Source: Perna viridis (Eukaryota). Taken from it: a stretch of DNA of 64,000 bases. Both the position numbers and the translations under genes were made by a program. The DNA lies in contig CM074516.1 in the NCBI GenBank assembly GCA_037379345.1, forward strand, positions 40,461,626 to 40,525,625. Reading direction: 5' to 3'. The notes beneath the pieces are model-generated. The model was given only the letters and a program-made list of their open reading frames with translations. It was not told the DNA's origin and ran no database searches. This document shows, one piece after another, positions 40,901 to 52,738 of this stretch (position 1 is the first letter of the stretch; each line of letters starts with the position of its first letter).

Positions 40901-41839
40901 TCTAGGGTTGCAAGGTCTGAAGAAATTAAAAGTACTTTCTAATAGGGAAGGAGCATCAGCAAGGTCATATATATGTAGATGCTTTGAAACCAATCTAATT
41001 CAGTATTAATTATTCCATTCAATCACTGCATGTAGGATCTAAGAACACTCCATTCTGCATTCTGTTCAGATGACCTTTCCAGAATCTTCAGGTTTTTCCT
41101 TTTGAATAATGCTTTCAAAGTCATGAAAGATGAAATTTGATGTCTGAACAATTGATATTTCTAATTTTGATTAGATTGCTCTCAAACATGAACAGCTCAA
41201 AATCATTGTTAGTGGTGTATATCAGAAGTGACATATGCAGTTTATATGAGACATGCGAAATCTACAACTCCCCCGAAGAAACATTAATTCTACCACCTTT
41301 CATTTTTTTGTATGCCCTGATATATCATTTAAATACCCTTCCAATATGGTTTAAATCTTCCTGATACACGGTTTGAATTCTCTTAACAACACTCTGAAAT
41401 GTTATGGTCCAAAATGTTTTTGAGTGGAATTGTCCAGCACTGATTACTGAAAATGTCATTTTCACAAACATTTTGGTGTATGAAAAAAGCAAATGATTTA
41501 ATTTACATTTCATATAGGGAATAGTTTCCTAAGCTGATTTAGTTCTAAACTGCAATTTCAAAGTATAACAAATGTATACAGAAATGAAGCTGCCATGATG
41601 CTATTTTTAAGCTCCTGAAGGAAAGTACAAAGTGGATATTGATGGTTTTTCAGGCCATAAGTATAGTGAACTCAGTTGATATTACAACTTACACTCTGGA
41701 AACTTTTATCATGCTTATCAATACTGGACAATTGGACCCAAAGACATTCCAAAACATGACAACCCCATAGTTCCTTATGAATGCTGGTCATTTCAGCACT
41801 AAGATGTTTTAGATCATGACAATTGGGAAAATGCATTAG

Positions 41840-44800
41840 AACAAGAGGCTCTGAGGAGCCTGAATCGCTCACCTTGTTCAAGATTTTTCTTTCAAGGGCA
41901 ATAAATTTAACAAGGAGTTGTCCAACACCCAGAGAATATCTTAAAAACTGGCGTCCAATATCATTGTTAAATGTTACTTACAAATTATTATCTGGATGTC
42001 TAGCAAATAGACTTAAAACCATCTTAGACAAACTAATTCACGAAAATCAAAAGGGTTTCTTAAGGGAGAGATACATTGGTAAAAATACCCGTCTTGTCTA
42101 TGATATTCTTCGAAGTACTGAAGATCTAGCTATTCCAGGTTTACTCCTACTAATAGATTTTGAAAAAGCCTTTGATTCAGTCTCTTGGAGATTCTTGTAC
42201 AATGTGATGGTTTTTTTTTTTATTTGGTAATGGTTTTATAAACAACATAAAAGTTTTAAATACTGAAATCAATCTGTGTGTACTATAAATGGCATCTTCT
42301 CTATTTTTTTTCATATAGGAAGTGGTTGCAGACAAGGAGATCCAATATCGCCTTACCTATTTTTATCATGTGTTGAAATAATGGGAATCCTCATTAGAAA
42401 TAATAAAGGCATTAAGGGAATTACAATAAAAGACAACATTTTTAAAATATTTCAATATGCAGATGATACTGGTATCTTCCTTGATGGCACAGAAAAAAGC
42501 CTTATGAAAACACTCAATCTACTTGAACAGTTCTCTAAATATTCAGGTCTAATTCCTGATTTTGACAAAACAAAAGCTGTATGGATTGGTTCTAAAATAG
42601 GAAGTAATGAAAGATTATGCACTAATAGAAAACTTAGTTGGATATATGAGTCCTCTGAAGTCTTGGGGATTACTTTTAGCACTCGCTTGAATGATATAAT
42701 AAATTTAAATTATAATAAAAAAATAATCAACATTGAAAAGAAGATAAAACAATGGGAGAAAAGAAATATCAGTGTCCTTGACAGACTAACCGTTATTAAA
42801 ACATTGCTTATACCTACCTTCATCCATTTATTTATTGCCATTCCAACACCCGACAATGTTTTTTTTAAAGAAATTGGAATGCATTATGTTTAACTATGTA
42901 TGGCGAGGTAGGGACAGAGTTTCAAGAAATTAGATGGTTCAGAATACTTCTTCAGGGGGTGTAGTATGATTCATCTATCTACTTTTCTAAAATCACTGAA
43001 ACTAACATGGATAAGAAGAATTATTAAAGAAGAGTCCACTGGGAAAACCCTCTTACTTAGCCTAATTGACCTTGATTGTCAAAAATTGTCTATTCTTGGA
43101 GATGTTTACTCCACTAATTTGAGTAACACAACAAAAAAACATATTCTGGAAACAAGTCTTCATAGCACTTGCCGAATACAAACAAACTCAAGACTCATTT
43201 ACTTTAAATAATATTCTAAGATGCTCTATATGGAGGAACTAGAAAATTAAAATCGATCAAAAGACCGTCTTTTTCAAACAATGGTATGAAGCAGGAATAT
43301 TCTATATTAGTGACCTGTTTAATGAAAATGGGAATTTTTTACAGTACCAAACATTTTGCAATATGTATGGTATCTACCCTGCTATTACTATTTACTATGG
43401 TTTAAGAGATTCAATACTTGGAAAATGGGAAATATGAAGAACACTTTCAAAATCGGACATCCCAAAATATCCTTTAATTCCAACTGAAATGGAACAATTT
43501 ATTGTACATCAAAAAGGTGCAAACATGTTTTATCAAAGATTTATAAAAATTTTAAAGTTTCCTCAAAAATACAGAGAGAAGTGGGTTGCATAACTAAATA
43601 TTCCATGAGAAATAAACTGGAAATTGGTGCATAAATGTAATTTTAACACAACAAAGGACACCAAATTAAGGTGGTTCCAATTCAGATTTATCCACAGAAT
43701 TTTAGCAACAAAATAAACTTTTACACAAAATTGGAAGACGACCGGACCCCATATGCTCCTTTTGTAAGGTGGAGGAGGAAACTATTGTTCATTTATTTTA
43801 TGAATGTGATGTTGTTTCTGATTTTGTACACAGCTTTGAGAGGTGGATATATAACAAAACTTTTCCAAAATTAAATTTTTTTTTTTTCGGAAAAATTGGT
43901 AATGGTAATAACACTTATATAGAAAACCTTTTAATGCTTACTTTGAAATTTTATATATATAAACAAAGATGTCGAGATGAACATCTTTTTCTACCTAATC
44001 TCAAGGCTGAAATCTATAATTGTTATAAGCAAGAGCGTTACTCATATTTGATAAAAGGTAATATTACTTCTTTTGACAAAAGATGGCACAAATTCAAAGA
44101 CCTAGTTCTGGAATAAAACTTTCTCTTTCCCTCAGTTCTTAACACTTTTGACTCTCATGCTGATTGTCTTTTTTTCCCTCTGAAATGCTCATGCTCTGAC
44201 AAATTATGTACATATTGTGCTATTAACATTTGCAACTTTTTCCAAAATGAAAGGATGTGTGAGAGGCTGTCCTTGTACTAATATTTGTAGAATCTTTCAA
44301 AAACAATAAAATTATAAAAAAGGAGTTGTCCAACAATTTTGACTCACGAAGACTTTGGTAGGACTTTCATAAGGATCACTTCAGCAATAGAAAGTTTCTT
44401 TCAATCTATCATAGTTTTCAAAATATTGGCTGAAAACTGAAAAAAAAACTTGTCATTTAGAACATACAGAAATAATTTTGCTAAACCTAACGATTTTAGA
44501 GATATATGTGAAAAAATACTCTCCGACCCTATGTTCTATTTTTAGTAATGGTGGCCATGTTTTTCAATGGACCAAATATCCCCACACCAGTTCCATGCAT
44601 GATACCCCAAGGAACATTCATACCTAGTTTGGTTCAAATTGGTCAAGTAGTGTCAGAGGAGAAGATTTTTGAAAGAAATAACATTAAAAATAGCAAAAAA
44701 ATGTCAAAAAGGACAATAACTCCAACATGGCTAAACAGATTAAAATAAAAATTTGACCACAGATAAATCTTATGTTGAACACTTTTACCCCATGTCAGAA

Positions 44801-45085
44801 TTTGGCTAAACCTAACGGTTTTGGAGATGTATGTGAAAAACTACTCTGACCCCTATGTTCTATTTTTAGTAATGGTGGCCATGTTTTTTGACGGATAAAA
44901 AATCCCCACATTTTATGCACCATACCCCAAGGAACATTCACACCAAGTTTGGTTCTTTATATGGTCCAGTAGTTTCAGAGGAGAAGAGTTTTGAAAAATT
45001 GTTAACGATGACGATGGACGACGACGATGACAGATGCCAAGTGATGGCAATAGCTAACATGGCCTACAGTCAGGTGAGCTAAAAA
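41840..45085. mobile_element. Helentron/HINE-like non-autonomous element, interrupted by an L1 insertion
   Basis: AACAAGAGGCTCTGAGGAGCC hairpin with GCTCACCT (41867-41874), inverted to AGGTGAGC (45072-45079). GACG microsatellite near the end; duplicated internal modules in 44480-45000. Confidence 0.65.
41928..44319 (+). mobile_element. 5'-truncated, frameshifted L1-clade (Tx1-like) LINE
   Basis: KNWRPISLLNVTYKLL, IDFEKAFDSVSW, GCRQGDPISPYLF, QYADDT; C-terminal zinc knuckle (C..C...EETIVHLFYEC). AATAAA and A-rich tail; 16-bp TSD AAGGAGTTGTCCAACA at 41912-41927 and 44320-44335. Confidence 0.92.
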
Positions 45086-45629
45086 TCGTATATAACAAAA
45101 TTTACCATTTTTGAAGTTAACACAAATTATATCTTTATATCAGGGCTGAAAAATTAAAAAAAAAATGTGTTCTTTGAATTTATGTTTCTTCGGGAGTGTT
45201 TCAGGTTTCAACTGTCAAATACATTGTACATGAATTAACTCTTTTTGTCTTCTAATAACCTTTTGACATCAATGCAACAATCTAATTTTAAATCATGACA
45301 TCATTTATCTGTAAGTTGGAAGAGAATTCAGTAAGGAAACAATGTAACATATATAATACTTTTGTCAATGGCACAAGTGTAAATATGTCTATCAGAACTA
45401 GAAAAAGATAAGTTAGATGTCCAAAGACATGAATCACTCTCTTAAAACAAAAGGATCTGGGAATATACAAGTATGCAAAAGGTAATTAAACCCAGATAAT
45501 GACAAGACTGAAGAAGGCTGAGGTTGATCACCACCAGTCATCACAAACCTCAGCCTCGGAAAATTATGAACAAAACATATTTAGAAAAATATCCTCGCTT
45601 CTATCAAAATTCATAGACACAAGAACGTA

Positions 45630-45815
45630 CATAACCGGAGTTTAACTTGAAGTCAACATTACCAGATCATCTTTAAAACAATTTTTTCAACTTATAATGC
45701 CTCATCTTCTTTCAACAGAAAAATCCAATTCAGAAAGTTGCCAGATGCCAAATCATAAATTACCGCTTATACCACAGAAAAAAAATTAAAAAAAGTAAAC
45801 CTTCCGGGTCAACGA
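45630..45815 (-). promoter_or_regulatory. Candidate ARFGEF3 promoter and non-coding first exon
   Basis: The ARFGEF3 ATG exon is preceded by a splice acceptor, so an upstream exon is needed. ETS-type CCGGAAG motif at ~45801-45807 and donor-like GTACGT at ~45625-45630 on the minus strand. Inference only. Confidence 0.3.
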
Positions 45816-47574
45816 AAAGCCTTAAGAATGTGATAAAGATTGAATTTTTAATTTATTGTTACATTTTACAATACAGCAATTTGTAAGTCATTTCATTTGC
45901 ATTGTTGTTTACGCACAGCCTAGGCTTTTTTTCAAGGTAGTAAGAGGCTTACGATCAATCTAAATACCAACAGATATATTTACAAGTACATTTAAACCAA
46001 TAAGTAGAAAGTACAATAAAAAATAAAATTGAAAAATTCTATTTGTACTATAACTGCTTCAAAATTTAAAAAAGAATGAACTCAAAATACAGTTATGGTA
46101 CTTGTATATCATTATGTTGAAGGCTCAACATACATCTGGAGACCATTATATCAGCGCTTTTGGGGCATAACTGATGTAAATTTCATGACTGCTTTTAAAG
46201 TAATTTGCTTAAGATAAATTGAATGTCCTACCAAGTCATGTATTATTAAGATTTAGATTGCATAAGATATTGATTCATATTTCCCTCCATAGTGTTGTGT
46301 TGTTGGTGATGGTATTTCCATTTGCTTTGCTCATTGTTTTTATAATATTTAGTTGTTTTTGTTTTGACTTAGTGTTAGTTTTTATGGAAAAAAAACAGCC
46401 ATTAACACAGAGTAAATATTTTGATCTGAAGAAATTTTCCAAGCTACCCCCTCACCCAACCTCAAGTGGTCAATCCTTTAGTTTAATGTGTCAGGCTTAC
46501 AGTGTGCATCATTTTAAACTTTTGCAGGAACATTGTTCTGTTTATCATGTAAGAAATGGTAAAACATAGACAAAACAGAATCAAGTTTTAAAGATTCACA
46601 TCGAAGACATACACCCCAGGTTTAAACCACCAATGTAATCTTTAAAATAGAATATAAGAAATTTAGCAAGAATTAATCTTTCCATTATAACATGTATTTC
46701 ATATTTTTTTGGCATTCCCATAGACACAACCACTTTTGAATTCTTAACGTATTTTTTTTTATACCAAATCTTGATTTTTTATATGAACCTATAAATTATG
46801 TATTTATTGGTATACTAAGCTATAGTTCCCAATGAGCAATCGAAATAATGTATCCAGATATCAATAGAGTAATTCTGCAGTATTAGTAGTACATTTTCAA
46901 ATTTAAGTATTGGGTTCTCATGCTCGCCATTAGACACTAACCTAAAGCCCAGGGCTAGTAAAAATTGATTTGGGCTAGTGAAATGATGTGAACTTTTCTT
47001 GTTTCCAGCTAGTTTAATCCTATACAGTCCTCTATTATTCGAGCTAGTTGTTGAGAATTTTGAAGGAAAGGACTGGGGTGCTGCATTTTTGCAATCGTAA
47101 GTTGTGAGTAATAAGTATGAGAAAAAAATTACATAAAAAATGTGTACAATTTTATTTCAATAAACATCTCAAACAATATTATCCATATTAACATAGTAAA
47201 AATGTATAGATACTGTACATTATTCCTACTTAAATGCTATTTGAAATATAATTTGAAATTTCTATTTTCTAATTGTTGTACTTTTCAATTACTCATATCC
47301 ACTGAAATATTTCTGGACAATAGAATATGAAGATATTATAAACTATTTTAAAGACAAAGGGACCAGACTCACCAGAGTTATCTCCCATACAGTGAAAATG
47401 AATAAACTAATGTATACTCCAAGAAAAAGTTTGTGCTGTCAAATATTTGAGTATCATAATAACATTCACAAATATACAGTTTTTTGCCTAAAACAGACAA
47501 AAATACAAAATAAAAATACATCAACTTCAAAACATGAAAGTCACTTGTACGTTTTTTTTTCCAGTTTCACCAAA

Positions 47575-50500
47575 TTAAGTAGCTTCTGCTTTGGTGTTCT
47601 TCACTTTGTAATCCTTCAAGGCTGCTCTAATTGCATCCTCTGCCAACACTGAAAATTAGATAGTAAAATTCCATCAAACTGGTATACATGTAAGAGTATG
47701 TTTTCTAAATTTAAGGGTGTTATTTATAAGAAAAGTGCAATCTGAAACACTTTGGAAGAATCATAAGTGCACATTAACAACAAAGCCAAGACTGAACTTG
47801 AAAGAGTAATCAAGGGAACCAAGGTTATAGCGGTAATCAAAAGAATGTAATCCAGGGACAAAGACCAGACATGGAAAACAGACATTCACAACAAAGAACA
47901 TAAAGTAACTAAAATCATACATACAAAGTAACAAACTCAGACTCCACTAAAAACTGGGAGCATGGACCAGGTGCACCGGTAGGGTTGAATATATACAAAT
48001 GCACACAATCGATCAGTGACATACATTTAATATGACAATTTATTATGGAACTGAAAAAAATCCTGTTTATAAGCAACATAGTTTTTACTTCTGGTATGAG
48101 GAGTAAGAAATAAAACTTTTTTTTTGCACAACTGTATTGACATAACGTTCATGGTCCAGAATTGTGATAATTTCAAATCTACTGGAAGGTCAAAGTACTG
48201 CTTCTTACAAATCATTAATAGAAAAAAATTATATTTCTTGTTAAATTGTAAATATCATGATTTCTAAAACATGTTTCAAGCTGGTAAAATGTTCAATTTA
48301 TACATCTTAAACAGAACTGATATCTCTTATATTGTCGTGACATTTATACCATATTTTAATCACTGACATACAGTCAAACCTCAATGTGTCAAACTCAGGT
48401 GAGTTGAAATCTCATATAACTCACACTAATTTGACAGTCTCAGCAAAAATCCCCTTACTCTGATACAATTTTACCTCTTATGACTCCAACTCAGATGAAT
48501 CAAAATCTCAGATAACTCAAGGTTATCAATCAGTCCTCACGATAGGTCTTTGAGGTTAATTAACCCTGACGTCTCAAACTAATTAGGAACACTGATTGTT
48601 TTATCACACACAATGACCCAAGTTTGTTTTTACAATATTTAGCATGGCTTATGAAGTTACTCGGTGACACCTTTATGGCCTGATTTGTGTATTTAACTAA
48701 TACAAAAAAGCTTGTTAAGTCTGTCCTGTTATATGGTTGCGAGACCTGGAGAGAAACAGAAAACACCATGAAATCTATACAAGTCTTTGTTAACAAGTGC
48801 CTAAGAAATATACTGAATATCAGATGGCCAGAAAAAATAACAAACAAGAAACTCTGGCAAAGAACAAAACAACAACCAATAGAAAACACCATTCGAACCT
48901 GAAAATGGAAATGGATTGGTCATACTTTAAGGAAGAACAATAAAAACACTACAAAGCAAGCTTTAGATTGGAATCCCCAAGGGCAAAGAAAAAGAGGAAG
49001 ACCAAAGAACACCTGGAGGAGGGGTTTGAACTCTGAACTGAAGAGAGTAGGACTAACGTGGAAGAATTGTAACACCATCGCCCAAAACCGAAGCGAATGG
49101 AGAGAAACTGTAGTTGCCCTATGTCCACCCATGGACGGAGTGGAATAAATCAAAAAAGCTTGTGTAGTAAAAAGAAACAAATTTGAATAATCACACTTCA
49201 GGAATTTATCCGATATTTTGATAATGATAAGAAAATGGGGTAAATTTTTTTTGTTGGAATGATATCCGATTATTAAATTACATGCAAAACAGATGATAAT
49301 AACTGATGTATTTTATGACTACATTCATAACACTAGAAAATCTGAAATTTAATTGTTGTAATGTAGTGCACATGATTTGACGTCACTCTTGATATTAAGT
49401 TATTCAAAGCAACCCTTAAAGTGGAAATGTCATGGTCAATGATGAAAAAAAATAATTAAATAACAATTTCCCCTGAAACATTTGATGCTGCTCAGAATTT
49501 ATAACTTATTTAAAACGCAAAACACCAAAATTATTTCCCGAAACAATAGACACCATAAAGTACCCTGATAAAGTGAAGAACAGTCGACCTCAGATGACCA
49601 AAACCCCAAACCTCGGATAACATTTTTGCCTGGTCCCTTCAACTTAACAAGGTTTGACTGTAAATTAAAGCTAATTATACTCACTGGAACAGTGAAGTTT
49701 GACAGGCGGCAAACAGAGCTCCTTTGCTATATCTGTATTCTTGATTTCTTTTGCTTCATCAATCTAACAAAAATTTTATATTATATCTTGATATGCTATC
49801 AAATAGCATGCAAAAAATATATTTGGAAAAAACTAGGTCATACTTTTTTGTACCTTAAAAATAGCTATGCAAGAGAATCACTTGTCCAATGAGGTTATTG
49901 AGATGCAGAAAATACATTCAAAGAATGAGCAAACAAAATGTTTCAAAACTTACTGATTTTCCCTTTATCCATTCTGTTGCCAAGGAACTTGATGCAATTG
50001 CTGATCCACATCCAAATGTCTTAAACTTAGCATCTATTATTTTTCCACTGTCATCAACTTTGATCTAAATATAAAAAAATAACAACTATATAATAAATGA
50101 ACTTACTAAAGGTTCTGCTATAGACAGGATCCAGGATGTTATTTACCTAATATCAAAATGGTTTTTTTTATCATTTTTTTTCAACCTGCCAAATACGAAG
50201 ACTAGCAGGCTGCAGTAGCATGTTTTTGAGAAATATCACATAAAGCAAGTTGTTCATTGTGCACTTACATTGTAAATAATAAAAAACACCATTACTGCTG
50301 GGTGTACCAATATTTGCATCAGGAGCACAAATCAACTTTAAAGAGTGAAAAGTCCTTAACTTTTTTCCATTCTAAATGAAGAGACCTCTATAAGAATAAA
50401 CATAAATACGGTACATGTAGGTCCAGGTCCTAGTTAAATGATATTTCAAAGGTCCTTCATCAGAAATAAAGAGTCCCAGAACTTAGACCAGTGCTAATTT

Positions 50501-52331
50501 GAACCACTGAACATACACCCATACACAAGACTTGTCCATATTTTCCCATGTGAAATCTTATGATTTTCACCACTCCAAGTCTATCATCCTCTTTTTAACA
50601 TATATTACATGGATGACTTTGTATTTGTTTCTTTTGACACTGGCTTCTGATTTTCAGCTATTGCCCCCCTCTCAAAGTTGCTAGACCATAAAGACCCATC
50701 TGAAAAAGTTTTAAATTGAATACTGATATAGATCGATGTTTACCTGTAGTTTCATAACATCTCCGCAAGCTGGTGCTCCAACCAATCCTGTTCCTACATC
50801 CTGATCATTTTTATTCATGGAACCAACATTTCTGGGATTTTCATAATGATCAATTACCTAAAGAAAACAAAAACAAAAGCCCTCATTTATAAAGTATTAA
50901 GTCGTTACAGTACTATGATTATGAACATGAATTTGACTTTTGCCTACATTTTTTATAAATGTACAAATTTTGTAACATTCAATATATACTTTTTCTGAAG
51001 TCTTCAAAATCAAATCAACAATTAGTTTCATTTTTCCAGTTATTACTATTTTTGCTGTGTTGTTTCAATGCTTAGCATAATACATGTACATTGTATGTAC
51101 AATTATAGCTTTAACAAGACAAAACTTATCAATAAAAATACTGCACAAAAAGATCTTACAGGGTTTAGTATACAGCAATGCGTTTAGATAGTGTTTTACA
51201 TAAGAACTAACTTTCAGTATGGTAGATTCAGTGTATAACTATTAACGTTTATATTATAATGTTTCGGTATAGACACATTTCCAAGAAGCCAGAAAATAAG
51301 GGATATAATCGGTAGCACACAAAATAACACAAGAATGATTCAAAATTTCATATCTACATTTACATGTATATTAACCACACCCATACTAGGTAGTTTAGTT
51401 TTGGGGGTTTACGATGAATCCCCTAGGAACTGGTAAGCAATATCAAAATCAGGAAAATATTCCCCCCATGACAGCATGAGGTCATCCAACAGTCCAATGA
51501 CAATGATAGCTGTTGGAATGAAACCAAGATTGCCCACTTTCTACAGTCAAGATTGTACCCATACCGAACTTATTGGCAAAACTTATTGACATAAGAACTA
51601 ACTTTCAGTATGGTAGATTCAGTGTATAACTATTAACGTTTATATTATAATGTTTCGGTATAGACACATTTCCAAGAAGCCAGAAAATAAGGGATATAAT
51701 CGGTAGCACACAAAATAACACAAGAATGATTCAAAATTTCATATCTACATTTACATGTATATTAACCACACCCATACTAGGTAGTTTAGTTTTGGGGGTT
51801 TACGATGAATCCCCTAGGAACTGGTAAGCAATATCAAAATCAGGAAAATATTCCCCCCATGACAGCATGAGGTCATCCAACAGTCCAATGACAATGATAG
51901 CTGTTGGAATGAAACCAAGATTGCCCACTTTCTACAGTCAAGATTGTACCCATACCGAACTTATTGGCAAAACTGGTCAAGCCTGGCTATTAACCTCACA
52001 AAGTTTGGCCAGTGTACACTCGCCCACAATGTCTGTGCCCTTATCCCTTTTGGGATTCAGTGTCCGGAGCTATTTTCTGATTTGGCCGCACACTCACTCA
52101 GTGGGCGGACACTGAATCCCAGAAGGGATTACCAAGTCAAGTGTGGCACTGTGGGTTCAATTTCTAGAAGTTACGCAATTCACTATTTTCAAGATATACG
52201 TAAATGACAATTTGCTGCAACGTTATCCCATAGCACAAGCTTACATTTTTGTGGTAAAGTGCAACTGTGACTGAAGCCTGATTCTCTGTTGCAGTTCGAA
52301 ATATTTGTGCACCAATGCGAAATAGAGCCAT
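47575..52331 (-). CDS. ISCU: Iron-sulfur cluster scaffold protein ISCU, mitochondrial, 154 aa, 5 exons
   Basis: Exons 52245-52331, 50744-50857, 49954-50064, 49685-49763, 47575-47648. Translation includes [63 protein letters not shown], plus an N-terminal presequence-like segment. Confidence 0.97.
47800..47985 (-). repeat. Dispersed repeat, copy 2 of the Penelope-associated short repeat
   Basis: Near-identical to 27035-27196 and to the reverse complement of 54440-54645. Confidence 0.75.
48371..49660. mobile_element. Tc1/mariner-type MITE interrupted by an RTE fragment
   Basis: TA-CAGTCAAACCT... and ...AGGTTTGACTG-TA ends. Confidence 0.75.
48716..49150 (+). mobile_element. 3' fragment of an RTE-clade LINE
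   Basis: [12 protein letters not shown]...[20 protein letters not shown]...[11 protein letters not shown]...[21 protein letters not shown]. 13-bp TSD CAAAAAAGCTTGT at 48703-48715 and 49151-49163. Confidence 0.9.
51198..51974. repeat. 386-bp direct tandem duplication in ISCU intron 1
   Basis: 51198-51583 repeats at 51589-51974 (offset 391), with a 5-bp junction TATTG. Confidence 0.9.
51763..52160 (+). other. GC-richer multi-hairpin structured element (non-autonomous transposon or ncRNA)
   Basis: 24-bp stem ATCCCTTTTGGGATTCAGTGTCCG / CGGACACTGAATCCCAGAAGGGAT. Further stems CTGGTCAAGC/GTTTGGCCAG, TCCAACAG/CTGTTGGA and GGGGG/CCCCT. Confidence 0.45.
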
Positions 52332-52738
52332 GTTTTCTTTTCGTTCAGACTGCAATACAGCTTAAGGAAAATGTAACACGAAAAATAAATCCTAATAAAA
52401 ATTATCGCGTATTCCAAATAAACCTTTAAAAATATATTTGACTAAGTTTTTAGGGTAGAACATAATATTTCTTCTGATATATTAAGATTATTCACTATGT
52501 ATTTATTTTATCTTAAAATAATTTCGCGTAGGGATACCTTCTTTCCAACTTTCGATTTGGTACTTTCACTTCGCATAGGACGTATTACTCTAAAACGTAT
52601 ATAAGCTGTTGCTGGTTAGACATGGGACTGTATTCTCATTAAATTAGCTTTTTAACCTTAATACGCTCTAAATAACAGTTTTAGTAATTCATGCCACTTT
52701 TTCGAACTTACCCTTCTCTACAGGCACCAGCCTTGCAA
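52332..52738. promoter_or_regulatory. Probable bidirectional promoter shared by ISCU and PRKN
   Basis: Divergent ATGs at 52331 (-) and 52739 (+). Several CG/TCGCG motifs in otherwise CpG-poor DNA. Confidence 0.6.

Noticed and set aside
47140-47574. miR-210 site in the ISCU 3' UTR, as in mammals
   Set aside because: No ACGCACA seed match was seen on the minus strand in this interval.
50560-50699. Poison or alternative exon in ISCU intron 2
   Set aside because: The acceptor-like TTTTTCAG is only ~44 nt from the exon 2 donor, and no convincing downstream donor was identified.
51866-51915. SECIS element or miRNA hairpin
   Set aside because: No selenoprotein ORF upstream on that strand, no proper quartet/AA-loop geometry, and the stem is too short for a confident pre-miRNA.
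52050-52155. Iron-responsive element (CAGTG loops) in ISCU
   Set aside because: The CAGTGN motifs lack the flanking 5-bp stem and C bulge, and they lie in an intron.
52691-52738. Longer parkin N-terminus from the ATG at 52691
   Set aside because: The segment contains a branch point, pyrimidine tract and AG, so it is probably intron; the ATG at 52739 matches the UBL start.
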